Assembly (NCBI GenBank): GCA_964057225.1
Contig: OZ059895.1
Location: forward strand, 23,374,001-23,438,000
Reading direction: 5' to 3'
Origin: Auanema rhodensis
Taxonomy: Eukaryota > Animalia > Nematoda
Length of the DNA: 64,000 nt
Shown: piece by piece, positions 1 through 12,900 of the stretch
Position numbering within the stretch: the first letter of the stretch is position 1
Layout: each line of letters begins with the position of its first letter
Translations under genes and position numbers: made by a program
The notes under the pieces: generated by a model
The model's input: the letters and a program-made list of their open reading frames with translations, nothing else
Told to the model about the DNA's origin: nothing
Database searches by the model: none

Positions 1-55
1 GTCGATCTGTTTTATCAGATTTGCGCTAGCTTAAAAATGCACCGAGATATCAACT

Positions 56-77
56 GATATAAGTTCACACTTATATC
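56..77. other. 9-bp perfect inverted repeat in the monomer (A62 allele)
   Basis: GATATAAGT-TCAC-ACTTATATC. It overlaps a second dyad, ATATCA-AC-TGATAT (47-60). Confidence 0.9.
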
Positions 78-227
78 CTCGATTTTCACCCTGAAGAATT
101 AATTTTTTCGTTGAATAACAATGTCCATCGTCTTTGCCTTGAAAAAAGGAATCTAAAAACATCTACTTTTCGCTAAATTATTCTGAAATTTTTCGAAAAA
201 ATTTTTGTCAAAATGTTTTTGGAAGCA

Positions 228-255
228 ATGTTGAGTGTACATGGAAACTCAACAT
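228..255. other. 9-bp perfect inverted repeat in the monomer
   Basis: ATGTTGAGT-(10 nt)-ACTCAACAT. Confidence 0.9.
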
Positions 256-338
256 ACACTAATGCATCATTTTTCAAACGATCATAACTAATTTTTGTAT
301 TAAGCGTTTCTCAATGTAGTATAGTGCATTCGATGCGG

Positions 339-389
339 ATTTTTAAGCTGCGTCGATCTGTTTTATCAGATTTGCGCTAGCTTAAAAAT
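339..389. other. Long imperfect inverted repeat spanning the unit junction (present in nearly all units)
   Basis: ATTTTTAAGCT (339-349) pairs with AGCTTAAAAAT (379-389). Inner pairs are GCG/CGC and ATCTG (356-360)/CAGAT (367-371) around a 6-nt loop. Confidence 0.9.
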
Positions 390-3300
390 GCACCGAGATA
401 TCAACTGATATAAGTTCACACTTATATCCTCGATTTTCACCCTGAAGAATTAATTTTTTCGTTGAATAACAATGTCCATCGTCTTTGCCTTGAAAAAACA
501 AATCTAAAAACATCTACTTTTTGCTAAATTATTTTGAAATTTTTCGAAAAAATTTTTGTCAAAATGTTTTTGGAAGCAATGTTGAGTGTACATGGAAACT
601 CAACATACACTAATGCATCATTTTTCAAACGATCATAACTAATTTTTGTATTAAGCGTTTCTCAATGTAGTATAGTGCATTCGATGCAGATTTTTAAGCT
701 GCGTCGATCTGTGTTATCAGATTTGCGCTAGCTTAAAAATGCACCGAGATATCAACTGATATATGTTCACACTTATATCCTCGATTTTCACCCTGAAGAA
801 TTAATTTTTTCGTTGAATAACAATGTCCATCGTCTTTGCCTTGAAAAAAGGAATCTAAAAACATCTACTTTTTGCTAAATTATTTTGAAATTTTTCGAAA
901 AAATTTTTGTCAAAATGTTTTTGGAAGCAATGTTGAGTGTACATGGAAACTCAACATACACTAATGCATCATTTTTCAAACGATCATAACTAATTTTTGT
1001 ATTAAGCGTTTCTCAATGTAGTATAGTGCATTCGATGCGGATTTTTAAGCTGCGTCGATCTGTTTTATCAGATTTGCGCTAGCTTAAAAATGCACCGAGA
1101 TATCAACTGATATAAGTTCACACTTATATCCTCGATTTTCACCCTGAAGAATTAATTTTTTCGTTGAATAACAATGTCCATCGTCTTTGCCTTGAAAAAA
1201 CAAATCTAAAAACATCTACTTTTTGCTAAATTATTTTGAAATTTTTCGAAAAAATTTTTGTCAAAATGTTTTTGGAAGCAATGTTGAGTGTACATGGAAA
1301 CTCAACATACACTAATGCATCATTTTTCAAACGATCATAACTAATTTTTGTATTAAGCGTTTCTCAATGTAGTATAGTGCATTCGATGCGGATTTTTAAG
1401 CTGCGTCGATCTGTTTTATCAGATTTGCGCTAGCTTAAAAATGCACCGAGATATCAACTGATATAAGTTCACACTTATATCCTCGATTTTCACCCTGAAG
1501 AATTAATTTTTTCGTTGAATAACAATGTCCATCGTCTTTGCCTTGAAAAAAGGAATCTAAAAACATCTATTTTTCGCTAAATTATTCTGAAATTTTTCGA
1601 AAAAATTTTTGTCAAAATGTTTTTGGAAGCAATGTTGAGTGTACATGGAAACTCAACATACACTAATGCATCATTTTTCAAACGATCATAACTAATTTTT
1701 GTATTAAGCGTTTCTCAATGTAGTATAGTGCATTCGATGCGGATTTTTAAGCTGCGTCGATCTGTTTTATCAGATTTGCGCTAGCTTAAAAATGCACCGA
1801 GATATCAACTGATATAAGTTCACACTTATATCCTCGATTTTCACCCTGAAGAATTAATTTTTTCGTTGAATAACAATGTCCATCGTCTTTGCCTTGAAAA
1901 AACAAATCTAAAAACATCTACTTTTTGCTAAATTATTTTGAAATTTTTCGAAAAAATTTTTGTCAAAATGTTTTTGGAAGCAATGTTGAGTGTACATGGA
2001 AACTCAACATACACTAATGCATCATTTTTCAAACGATCATAACTAATTTTTGTATTAAGCGTTTCTCAATGTAGTATAGTGTATTCGATGCGGATTTTTA
2101 AGCTGCGTCGATCTGTTTTATCAGATTTGCGCTAGCTTAAAAATGCACCGAGATATCAACTGATATAAGTTCACACTTATATCCTCGATTTTCACCCTGA
2201 AGAATTAATTTTTTCGTTGAATAACAATGTCCATCGTCTTTGCCTTGAAAAAACAAATCTAAAAACATCTACTTTTTGCTAAATTATTTTGAAATTTTTC
2301 GAAAAAATTTTTGTCAAAATGTTTTTGGAAGCAATGTTGAGTGTACATGGAAACTCAACATACACTAATGCATCATTTTTCAAACGATCATAACTAATTT
2401 TCGTATTAAGCGTTTCTCAATGTAGTATAGTGCATTCGATGCGGATTTTTAAGCTGCGTCGATCTGTGTTATCAGATTTGCGCTAGCTTAAAAATGCACC
2501 GAGATATCAACTGATATATGTTCACACTTATATCCTCGATTTTCACCCTGAAGAATAAATTTTTTCGTTGAATAACAATGTCCATCGTCTTTGCCTTGAA
2601 AAAAGGAATCTAAAAACATCTACTTTTTGCTAAATTATTTTGAAATTTTTCGAAAAAATTTTTGTCAAAATGTTTTTGGAAGCAATGTTGAGTGTACATG
2701 GAAACTCAACATACACTAATGCATCATTTTTCAAACGATCATAACTAATTTTCGTATTAAGCGTTTCTCAATGTAGTATAGTGCATTCGATGCGGATGTT
2801 TAAGCTGCGTCGATCTGTGTTATCAGATTTGCGCTAGCTTAAAAATGCACCGAGATATCAACTGATATATGTTCACACTTATATCCTCGATTTTCACCCT
2901 GAAGAATTAATTTTTTCGTTGAATAACAATGTCCATCGTCTTTGCCTTGAAAAAAGGAATCTAAAAACATCTACTTTTTGCTAAATTATTTTGAAATTTT
3001 TCGAAAAAATTTTTGTCAAAATGTTTTTGGAAGCAATGTTGAGTGTACATGGAAACTCAACATACACTAATGCATCATTTTTCAAACGATCATAACTAAT
3101 TTTTGTATTAAGCGTTTCTCAATGTAGTATAGTGCATTCGATGCGGATTTTTAAGCTGCGTCGTTCTGTGTTTTCAGATTTGCGCTAGCTTAAAAATGCA
3201 CCGAGATATCAACTGATATAAGTTCACACTTATATCCTCGATTTTCACCCTGAAGAATTAATTTTTTCGTTGAATAACAATGTCCATCGTCTTTGCCTTG

Positions 3301-6300
3301 AAAAAAGAAATCTAAAAACATCTACTTTTTGCTAAATTATTTTGAAATTTTTCGAAAAAATTTTTGTCAAAATGTTTTTAGAAGCAATGTTGAGTGTACA
3401 TGGAAACTCAACATACACTAATGCATCATTTTTCAAACGATCATAACTAATTTTTGTATTAAGCGTTTCTCAATGTAGTATAGTGCATTCGATGCGGATT
3501 TTTAAGCTGCGTCGATCTGTGTTATCAGATTTGCGCTAGCTTAAAAATGCACCGAGATATCAACTGATATATGTTCACACTTATATCCTCGATTTTCACC
3601 CTGAAGAATTAATTTTTTCGTTGAATAACAATGTCCATCGTCTTTGCCTTGAAAAAAGGAATCTAAAAACATCTACTTTTTGCTAAATTATTTTGAAATT
3701 TTTCGAAAAAATTTTTGTCAAAATGTTTTTGGAAGCAATGTTGAGTGCACATGGAAACTCAACATACACTAATGCATCATTTTTCAAACGATCATAACTA
3801 ATTTTCGTATTAAGCGTTTCTCAATGTAGTATAGTGCATTCGATGCGGATTTTTAAGCTGCGTCGATCTGTGTTATCAGATTTGCGCTAGCTTAAAAATG
3901 CACCGAGATATCAACTGATATATGTTCACACTTATATCCTCGATTTTCACCCTGAAGAATTAATTTTTTCGTTGAATAACAATGTCCATCGTCTTTGCCT
4001 TGAAAAAAGGAATCTAAAAACATCTACTTTTTGCTAAATTATTTTGAAATTTTTCGAAAAAATTTTTGTCAAAATGTTTTTGGAAGCAATGTTGAGTGTA
4101 CATGGAAACTCAACATACACTAATGCATCATTTTTCAAACGATCATAACTAATTTTTGTATTAAGCGTTTCTCAATGTAGTATAGTGCATTCGATGCGGA
4201 TTTTTAAGCTGCGTCGTTCTGTGTTATCAGATTCGCGCTAGCTTAAAAATGCACCGAGATATCAACTGATATAAGTTCACACTTATATCCTCGATTTTCA
4301 CCCTGAAGAATTAATTTTTTCGTTGAATAACAATGTCCATCGTCTTTGCCTTGAAAAAAGAAATCTAAAAACATCTACTTTTTGCTAAATTATTTTGAAA
4401 TTTTTCGAAAAAATTTTTGTCAAAATGTTTTTAGAAGCAATGTTGAGTGTACATGGAAACTCAACATACACTAATGCATCATTTTTCAAACGATCATAAC
4501 TAATTTTTGTATTAAGCGTTTCTCAATGTAGTATAGTGCATTCGATGCGGATTTTTAAGCTGCGTCGATCTGTGTTATCAGATTTGCGCTAGCTTAAAAA
4601 TGCACCGAGATATCAACTGATATATGTTCACACTTATATCCTCGATTTTCACCCTGAAGAATTAATTTTTTCGTTGAATAACAATGTCCATCGTCTTTGC
4701 CTTGAAAAAAGGAATCTAAAAACATCTACTTTTTGCTAAATTATTTTGAAATTTTTCGAAAAAATTTTTGTCAAAATGTTTTTGGAAGCAATGTTGAGTG
4801 TACATGGAAACTCAACATACACTAATGCATCATTTTTCAAACGATCATAACTAATTTTCGTATTAAGCGTTTCTCAATGTAGTATAGTGCATTCGATGCG
4901 GATTTTTAAGCTGCGTCGATCTGTGTTATCAGATTTGCGCTAGCTTAAAAATGCACCGAGATATCAACTGATATATGTTCACACTTATATCCTCGATTTT
5001 CACCCTGAAGAATTAATTTTTTCGTTGAATAACAATGTCCATCGTCTTTGCCTTGAAAAAAGGAATCTAAAAACATCTACTTTTTGCTAAATTATTTTGA
5101 AATTTTTCGAAAAAATTTTTGTCAAAATGTTTTTGGAAGCAATGTTGAGTGTACATGGAAACTCAACATACACTAATGCATCATTTTTCAAACGATCATA
5201 ACTAATTTTTGTATTAAGCGTTTCTCAATGTAGTATAGTGCATTCGATGCGGATTTTTAAGCTGCGTCGTTCTGTGTTATCAGATTTGCGCTAGCTTAAA
5301 AATGCACCGAGATATCAACTGATATAAGTTCACACTTATATCCTCGATTTTCACCCTGAAGAATTAATTTTTTCGTTGAATAACAATGTCCATCGTCTTT
5401 GCCTTGAAAAAAGAAATCTAAAAACATCTACTTTTTGCTAAATTATTTTGAAATTTTTCGAAAAAATTTTTGTCAAAATGTTTTTAGAAGCAATGTTGAG
5501 TGTACATGGAAACTCAACATACACTAATGCATCATTTTTCAAACGATCATAACTAATTTTTGTAATAAGCGTTTCTCAATGTAGTATAGTGCATTCGATG
5601 CGGATTTTCAAGCTGCAATGATCTGTGTTATCAGATTTGCGCTAGCTTAAAAATGCACCGAGATATCAACTGATATAAGTTCACACTTATATCCTCGATT
5701 TTCACCCTGAAGAATTAATTTTTTCGTTGAATAACAATGTCCATCGTCTTTGCCTTGAAAAAAGAAATCTAAAAACATCTACTTTTTGCTAAATTATTTT
5801 GAAATTTTTCGAAAAAATTTTTGTCAAAATGTTTTTGGAAGCAATGTTGAGTGTACATGGAAACTCAACATACACTAATGCATCATTTTTCAAACGATCA
5901 TAACTAATTTTTGTATTAAGCGTTTCTCAATGTAGTATAGTGCATTCGATGCGGATTTTTAAGCTGCAATGATCTGTGTTATCAGATTTGCGCTAGCTTA
6001 AAAATGCACCGAGATATCAACTGATATATGTTCACACTTATATCCTCGATTTTCACCCTGAAGAATTAGTTTTTTCGTTGAATAACAATGTCCATCGTCT
6101 TTGCCTTGAAAAAAGGAATCTAAAAACATCTACTTTTCGCTAAATTATTTTGAAATTTTTCGAAAAAATTTTTGTCAAAATGTTTTTGGAAGCAATGTTG
6201 AGTGTACATGGAAACTCAACATACACTAATGCATCATTTTTCAAACGATCATAACTAATTTTCGTATTAAGCGTTTCTCAATGTAGTATAGTGCATTCGA

Positions 6301-8775
6301 TGCGGATTTTTAAGCTGCGTCGATCTGTGTTATCAGATTTGCGCTAGCTTAAAAATGCACCGAGATATCAACTGATATATGTTCACACTTATATCCTCGA
6401 TTTTCACCCTGAAGAATTAATTTTTTCGTTGAATAACAATGTCCATCGTCTTTGCCTTGAAAAAACAAATCTAAAAACATCTACTTTTTGCTAAATTATT
6501 TTGAAATTTTTCGAAAAAATTTTTGTCAAAATGTTTTTGGAAGCAATGTTGAGTGTACATGGAAACTCAACATACACTAATGCATCATTTTTCAAACGAT
6601 CATAACTAATTTTTGTATTAAGCGTTTCTCAATGTAGTATAGTGCATTCGATGCGGATTTTTAAGCTGCAATGATCTGTGTTATCAGATTTGCGCTAGCT
6701 TAAAAATGCACCGAGATATCAACTGATATATGTTCACACTTATATCCTCGATTTTCACCCTGAAGAATTAGTTTTTTCGTTGAATAACAATGTCCATCGT
6801 CTTTGCCTTGAAAAAAGGAATCTAAAAACATCTACTTTTCGCTAAATTATTTTGAAATTTTTCGAAAAAATTTTTGTCAAAATGTTTTTGGAAGCAATGT
6901 TGAGTGTACATGGAAACTCAACATACACTAATGCATCATTTTTCAAACGATCATAACTAATTTTCGTATTAAGCGTTTCTCAATGTAGTATAGTGCATTC
7001 GATGCGGATTTTTAAGCTGCGTCGATCTGTGTTATCAGATTTGCGCTAGCTTAAAAATGCACCGAGATATCAACTGATATATGTTCACACTTATATCCTC
7101 GATTTTCACCCTGAAGAATTAATTTTTTCGTTGAATAACAATGTCCATCGTCTTTGCCTTGAAAAAACAAATCTAAAAACATCTACTTTTTGCTAAATTA
7201 TTTTGAAATTTTTCGAAAAAATTTTTGTCAAAATGTTTTTGGAAGCAATGTTGAGTGTACATGGAAACTCAACATACACTAATGCATCATTTTTCAAACG
7301 ATCATAACTAATTTTTGTATTAAGCGTTTCTCAATGTAGTATAGTGCATTCGATGCGGATTTTTAAGCTGCGTCGATCTGTTTTATCAGATTTGCGCTAG
7401 CTTAAAAATGCACCGAGATATCAACTGATATAAGTTCACACTTATATCCTCGATTTTCACCCTGAAGAATTAATTTTTTCGTTGAATAACAATGTCCATC
7501 GTCTTTGCCTTGAGAAAAGGAATCTAAAAACATCTACTTTTCGCTAAATTATTTTGAAATTTTTCGAAAAAATTTTTGTCAAAATGTTTTTGGAAGCAAT
7601 GTTGAGTGTACATGGAAACTCAACATACACTAATGCATCATTTTTCAAACGATCATAACTAATTTTCGTATTAAGCGTTTCTCAATGTAGTATAGTGCAT
7701 TCGATGCGGATTTTTAAGCTGCGTCGATCTGTGTTATCAGATTTGCGCTAGCTTAAAAATGCACCGAGATATCAACTGATATATGTTCACACTTATATCC
7801 TCGATTTTCACCCTGAAGAATTAATTTTTTCGTTGAATAACAATGTCCATCGTCTTTGCCTTGAAAAAAGGAATCTAAAAACATCTACTTTTTGCTAAAT
7901 TATTTTGAAATTTTTCGAAAAAATTTTTGTCAAAATGTTTTTGGAAGCAATGTTGAGTGTACATGGAAACTCAACATACACTAATGCATCATTTTTCAAA
8001 CGATCATAACTAATTTTTGTATTAAGCGTTTCTTAATGTAGTATAGTGCATTCGATGCGGATTTTTAAGCTGCGTCGTTCTGTGTTATCAGATTTGCGCT
8101 AGCTTAAAAATGCACCGAGATATCAACTGATATAAGTTCACACTTATATCCTCGATTTTCACCTTGAAGAATTAATTTTTTCGTTGAATAACAATGTCCA
8201 TCGTCTTTGCCTTGAAAAAAGAAATCTAAAAACATCTACTTTTTGCTAAATTATTTTGAAATTTTTCGAAAAAATTTTTGTCAAAATGTTTTTAGAAGCA
8301 ATGTTGAGTGTACATGGAAACTCAACATACACTAATGCATCATTTTTCAAACGATCATAACTAATTTTTGTATTAAGCGTTTCTCAATGTAGTATAGTGC
8401 ATTCGATGCGGATTTTTAAGCTGCAATGATCTGTGTTATCAGATTTGCGCTAGCTTAAAAATGCACCGAGATATCAACTGATATAAGTTCACACTTATAT
8501 CCTCGATTTTCACCCTGAAGAATTAATTTTTTCGTTGAATAACAATGTCCATCGTCTTTGCCTTGAAAAAAGAAATCTAAAAACATCTACTTTTTGCTAA
8601 ATTATTTTGAAATTTTTCGAAAAAATTTTTGTCAAAATGTTTTTGGAAGCAATGTTGAGTGTACATGGAAACTCAACATACACTAATGCATCATTTTTCA
8701 AACGATCATAACTAATTTTTGTATTAAGCGTTTCTCAATGTAGTATAGTGCATTCGATGCGGATTTTTAAGCTGC

Positions 8776-9035
8776 AATGATCTGTGTTATCAGATTTGCG
8801 CTAGCTTAAAAATGCACCGAGATATCAACTGATATATGTTCACACTTATATCCTCGATTTTCACCCTGAAGAATTAATTTTTTCGTTGAATAACAATGTT
8901 CATCGTCTTTGCCTTGAAAAAAGGAATCTAAAAACATCTACTTTTTGCTAAATTATTTTGAAATTTTTCGAAAAAATTTTTGTCAAAATGTTTTTGGATG
9001 TAGTATAGTGCATTCGATGCGGATTTTTAAGCTGC
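8776..9035 (+). repeat. 260-bp truncated monomer (91-bp deletion), copy 1
   Basis: Junction TTTTTGGA|TGTAGTATAG at 8998/8999; monomer positions 224-314 are missing. Confidence 0.97.
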
Positions 9036-9737
9036 GTCGTTCTGTGTTATCAGATTTGCGCTAGCTTAAAAATGCACCGAGATATCAACTGATATAAGTT
9101 CACACTTATATCCTCGATTTTCACCTTGAAGAATTAATTTTTTCGTTGAATAACAATGTCCATCGTCTTTGCCTTGAAAAAAGAAATCTAAAAACATCTA
9201 CTTTTTGCTAAATTATTTTGAAATTTTTCGAAAAAATTTTTGTCAAAATGTTTTTAGAAGCAATGTTGAGTGTACATGGAAACTCAACATACACTAATGC
9301 ATCATTTTTCAAACGATCATAACTAATTTTTGTATTAAGCGTTTCTCAATGTAGTATAGTGCATTCGATGCGGATTTTTAAGCTGCAATGATCTGTGTTA
9401 TCAGATTTGCGCTAGCTTAAAAATGCACCGAGATATCAACTGATATAAGTTCACACTTATATCCTCGATTTTCACCCTGAAGAATTAATTTTTTCGTTGA
9501 ATAACAATGTCCATCGTCTTTGCCTTGAAAAAAGAAATCTAAAAACATCTACTTTTTGCTAAATTATTTTGAAATTTTTCGAAAAAATTTTTGTCAAAAT
9601 GTTTTTGGAAGCAATGTTGAGTGTACATGGAAACTCAACATACACTAATGCATCATTTTTCAAACGATCATAACTAATTTTTGTATTAAGCGTTTCTCAA
9701 TGTAGTATAGTGCATTCGATGCGGATTTTTAAGCTGC

Positions 9738-9997
9738 AATGATCTGTGTTATCAGATTTGCGCTAGCTTAAAAATGCACCGAGATATCAACTGATATATG
9801 TTCACACTTATATCCTCGATTTTCACCCTGAAGAATTAATTTTTTCGTTGAATAACAATGTTCATCGTCTTTGCCTTGAAAAAAGGAATCTAAAAACATC
9901 TACTTTTTGCTAAATTATTTTGAAATTTTTCGAAAAAATTTTTGTCAAAATGTTTTTGGATGTAGTATAGTGCATTCGATGCGGATTTTTAAGCTGC
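9738..9997 (+). repeat. 260-bp truncated monomer, copy 2
   Basis: Identical junction at 9960/9961. Confidence 0.97.
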
Positions 9998-12900
9998 GTC
10001 GATCTGTGTTATCAGATTTGCGCTAGCTTAAAAATGCACCGAGATATCAACTGATATATGTTCACACTTATATCCTCGATTTTCACCCTGAAGAATTAAT
10101 TTTTTCGTTGAATAACAATGTCCATCGTCTTTGCCTTGAAAAAAGGAATCTAAAAACATCTACTTTTTGCTAAATTATTTTGAAATTTTTCGAAAAAATT
10201 TTTGTCAAAATGTTTTTGGAAGCAATGTTGAGTGTACATGGAAACTCAACATACACTAATGCATCATTTTTCAAACGATCATAACTAATTTTTGTATTAA
10301 GCGTTTCTCAATGTAGTATAGTGCATTCGATGCGGATTTTTAAGCTGCGTCGTTCTGTGTTATCAGATTTGCGCTAGCTTAAAAATGCACCGAGATATCA
10401 ACTGATATAAGTTCACACTTATATCCTCGATTTTCACCCTGAAGAATTAATTTTTTCGTTGAATAACAATGTCCATCGTCTTTGCCTTGAAAAAAGAAAT
10501 CTAAAAACATCTACTTTTTGCTAAATTATTTTGAAATTTTTCGAAAAAATTTTTGTCAAAATGTTTTTAGAAGCAATGTTGAGTGTACATGGAAACTCAA
10601 CATACACTAATGCATCATTTTTCAAACGATCATAACTAATTTTTGTATTAAGCGTTTCTCAATGTAGTATAGTGCATTCGATGCGGATTTTTAAGCTGCG
10701 TCGATCTGTGTTATCAGATTTGCGCTAGCTTAAAAATGCACCGAGATATCAACTGATATATGTTCACACTTATATCCTCGATTTTCACCCTGAAGAATTA
10801 ATTTTTTCGTTGAATAACAATGTCCATCGTCTTTGCTTTGAAAAAAGGAATCTAAAAACATCTACTTTTTGCTAAATTATTTTGAAATTTTTCGAAAAAA
10901 TTTTTGTCAAAATGTTTTTGGAAGCAATGTTGAGTGTACATGGAAACTCAACATACACTAATGCATCATTTTTCAAACGATCATAACTAATTTTCGTATT
11001 AAGCGTTTTTCAATGTAGTATAGTGCATTCGATGCGGATTTTTAAGCTGCGTCGATCTGTGTTATCAGATTTGCGCTAGCTTAAAAATGCACCGAGATAT
11101 CAACTGATATATGTTCACACTTATATCCTCGATTTTCACCCTGAAGAATTAATTTTTTCGTTGAATAACAATGTCCATCGTCTTTGCCTTGAAAAAAGGA
11201 ATCTAAAAACATCTACTTTTTGCTAAATTATTTTGAAATTTTTCGAAAAAATTTTTGTCAAAATGTTTTTGGAAGCAATGTTGAGTGTACATGGAAACTC
11301 AACATACACTAATGCATCATTTTTCAAACGATCATAACTAATTTTTGTATTAAGCGTTTCTCAATGTAGTATAGTGCATTCGATGCGGATTTTTAAGCTG
11401 CGTCGTTCTGTGTTATCAGATTTGCGCTAGCTTAAAAATGCACCGAGATATCAACTGATATAAGTTCACACTTATATCCTCGATTTTCACCCTGAAGAAT
11501 TAATTTTTTCGTTGAATAACAATGTCCATCGTCTTTGCCTTGAAAAAAGAAATCTAAAAACATCTACTTTTTGCTAAATTATTTTGAAATTTTTCGAAAA
11601 AATTTTTGTCAAAATGTTTTTAGAAGCAATGTTGAGTGTACATGGAAACTCAACATACACTAATGCATCATTTTTCAAACGATCATAACTAATTTTTGTA
11701 TTAAGCGTTTCTCAATGTAGTATAGTGCATTCGATGCGGATTTTTAAGCTGCAATGATCTGTGTTATCAGATTTGCGCTAGCTTAAAAATGCACCGAGAT
11801 ATCAACTGATATAAGTTCACACTTATATCCTCGATTTTCACCCTGAAGAATTAATTTTTTCGTTGAATAACAATGTCCATCGTCTTTGCCTTGAAAAAAG
11901 AAATCTAAAAACATCTACTTTTTGCTAAATTATTTTGAAATTTTTCGAAAAAATTTTTGTCAAAATGTTTTTGGAAGCAATGTTGAGTGTACATGGAAAC
12001 TCAACATACACTAATGCATCATTTTTCAAACGATCATAACTAATTTTTGTATTAAGCGTTTCTCAATGTAGTATAGTGCATTCGATGCGGATTTTTAAGC
12101 TGCAATGATCTGTGTTATCAGATTTGCGCTAGCTTAAAAATGCACCGAGATATCAACTGATATATGTTCACACTTATATCCTCGATTTTCACCCTGAAGA
12201 ATTAATTTTTTCGTTGAATAACAATGTCCATCGTCTTTGCCTTGAAAAAAGGAATCTAAAAACATCTACTTTTCGCTAAATTATTTTGAAATTTTTCGAA
12301 AAAATTTTTGTCAAAATGTTTTTGGAAGCAATGTTGAGTGTACATGGAAACTCAACATACACTAATGCATCATTTTTCAAACGATCATAACTAATTTTCG
12401 TATTAAGCGTTTCTCAATGTAGTATAGTGCATTCGATGCGGATTTTTAAGCTGCGTCGATCTGTGTTATCAGATTTGCGCTAGCTTAAAAATGCACCGAG
12501 ATATCAACTGATATATGTTCACACTTATATCCTCGATTTTCACCCTGAAGAATTAATTTTTTCGTTGAATAACAATGTCCATCGTCTTTGCCTTGAAAAA
12601 AGGAATCTAAAAACATCTACTTTTTGCTAAATTATTTTGAAATTTTTCGAAAAAATTTTTGTCAAAATGTTTTTGGAAGCAATGTTGAGTGTACATGGAA
12701 ACTCAACATACACTAATGCATCATTTTTCAAACGATCATAACTAATTTTTGTATTAAGCGTTTCTCAATGTAGTATAGTGCATTCGATGCGGATTTTTAA
12801 GCTGCGTCGTTCTGTGTTATCAGATTTGCGCTAGCTTAAAAATGCACCGAGATATCAACTGATATAAGTTCACACTTATATCCTCGATTTTCACCCTGAA

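Larger units (their letters stand above)
1..351 (+). repeat. Representative 351-bp monomer (arbitrary phase)
   Basis: Hand count gives 111 G+C of 351 (~32%), with many A/T tracts. Each intact unit has one NheI site (GCTAGC), one EcoRV site (GATATC) and one NsiI site (ATGCAT). Recurrent polymorphic positions are 1-3, 5, 11, 62, 125, 148-149, 171, 183, 221, 296 and 337. Confidence 0.97.
8074..9997 (+). repeat. Tandem duplication of a 962-bp three-unit block
   Basis: 8074-9035 and 9036-9997 share the private CACCTTGAAG allele, the same allele order and the 91-bp deletion. Confidence 0.93.

Noticed and set aside
106-122. CENP-B box (TTCGTTGAA resembles its 5' half)
   Set aside because: It lacks the essential CGGG of NTTCGNNNNANNCGGGN.
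1-351. 5S rDNA, tRNA, spliced-leader or snRNA tandem gene unit
   Set aside because: I recognise no 5S, tRNA cloverleaf, A/B-box or SL/Sm sequence; the hairpins are short and AT-rich.
1-351. Assignment to a named satellite of similar length (e.g. Drosophila 1.688 or tenebrionid ~350-360-bp satellites)
   Set aside because: Only length and AT content are similar; I cannot confirm sequence identity without a database search.
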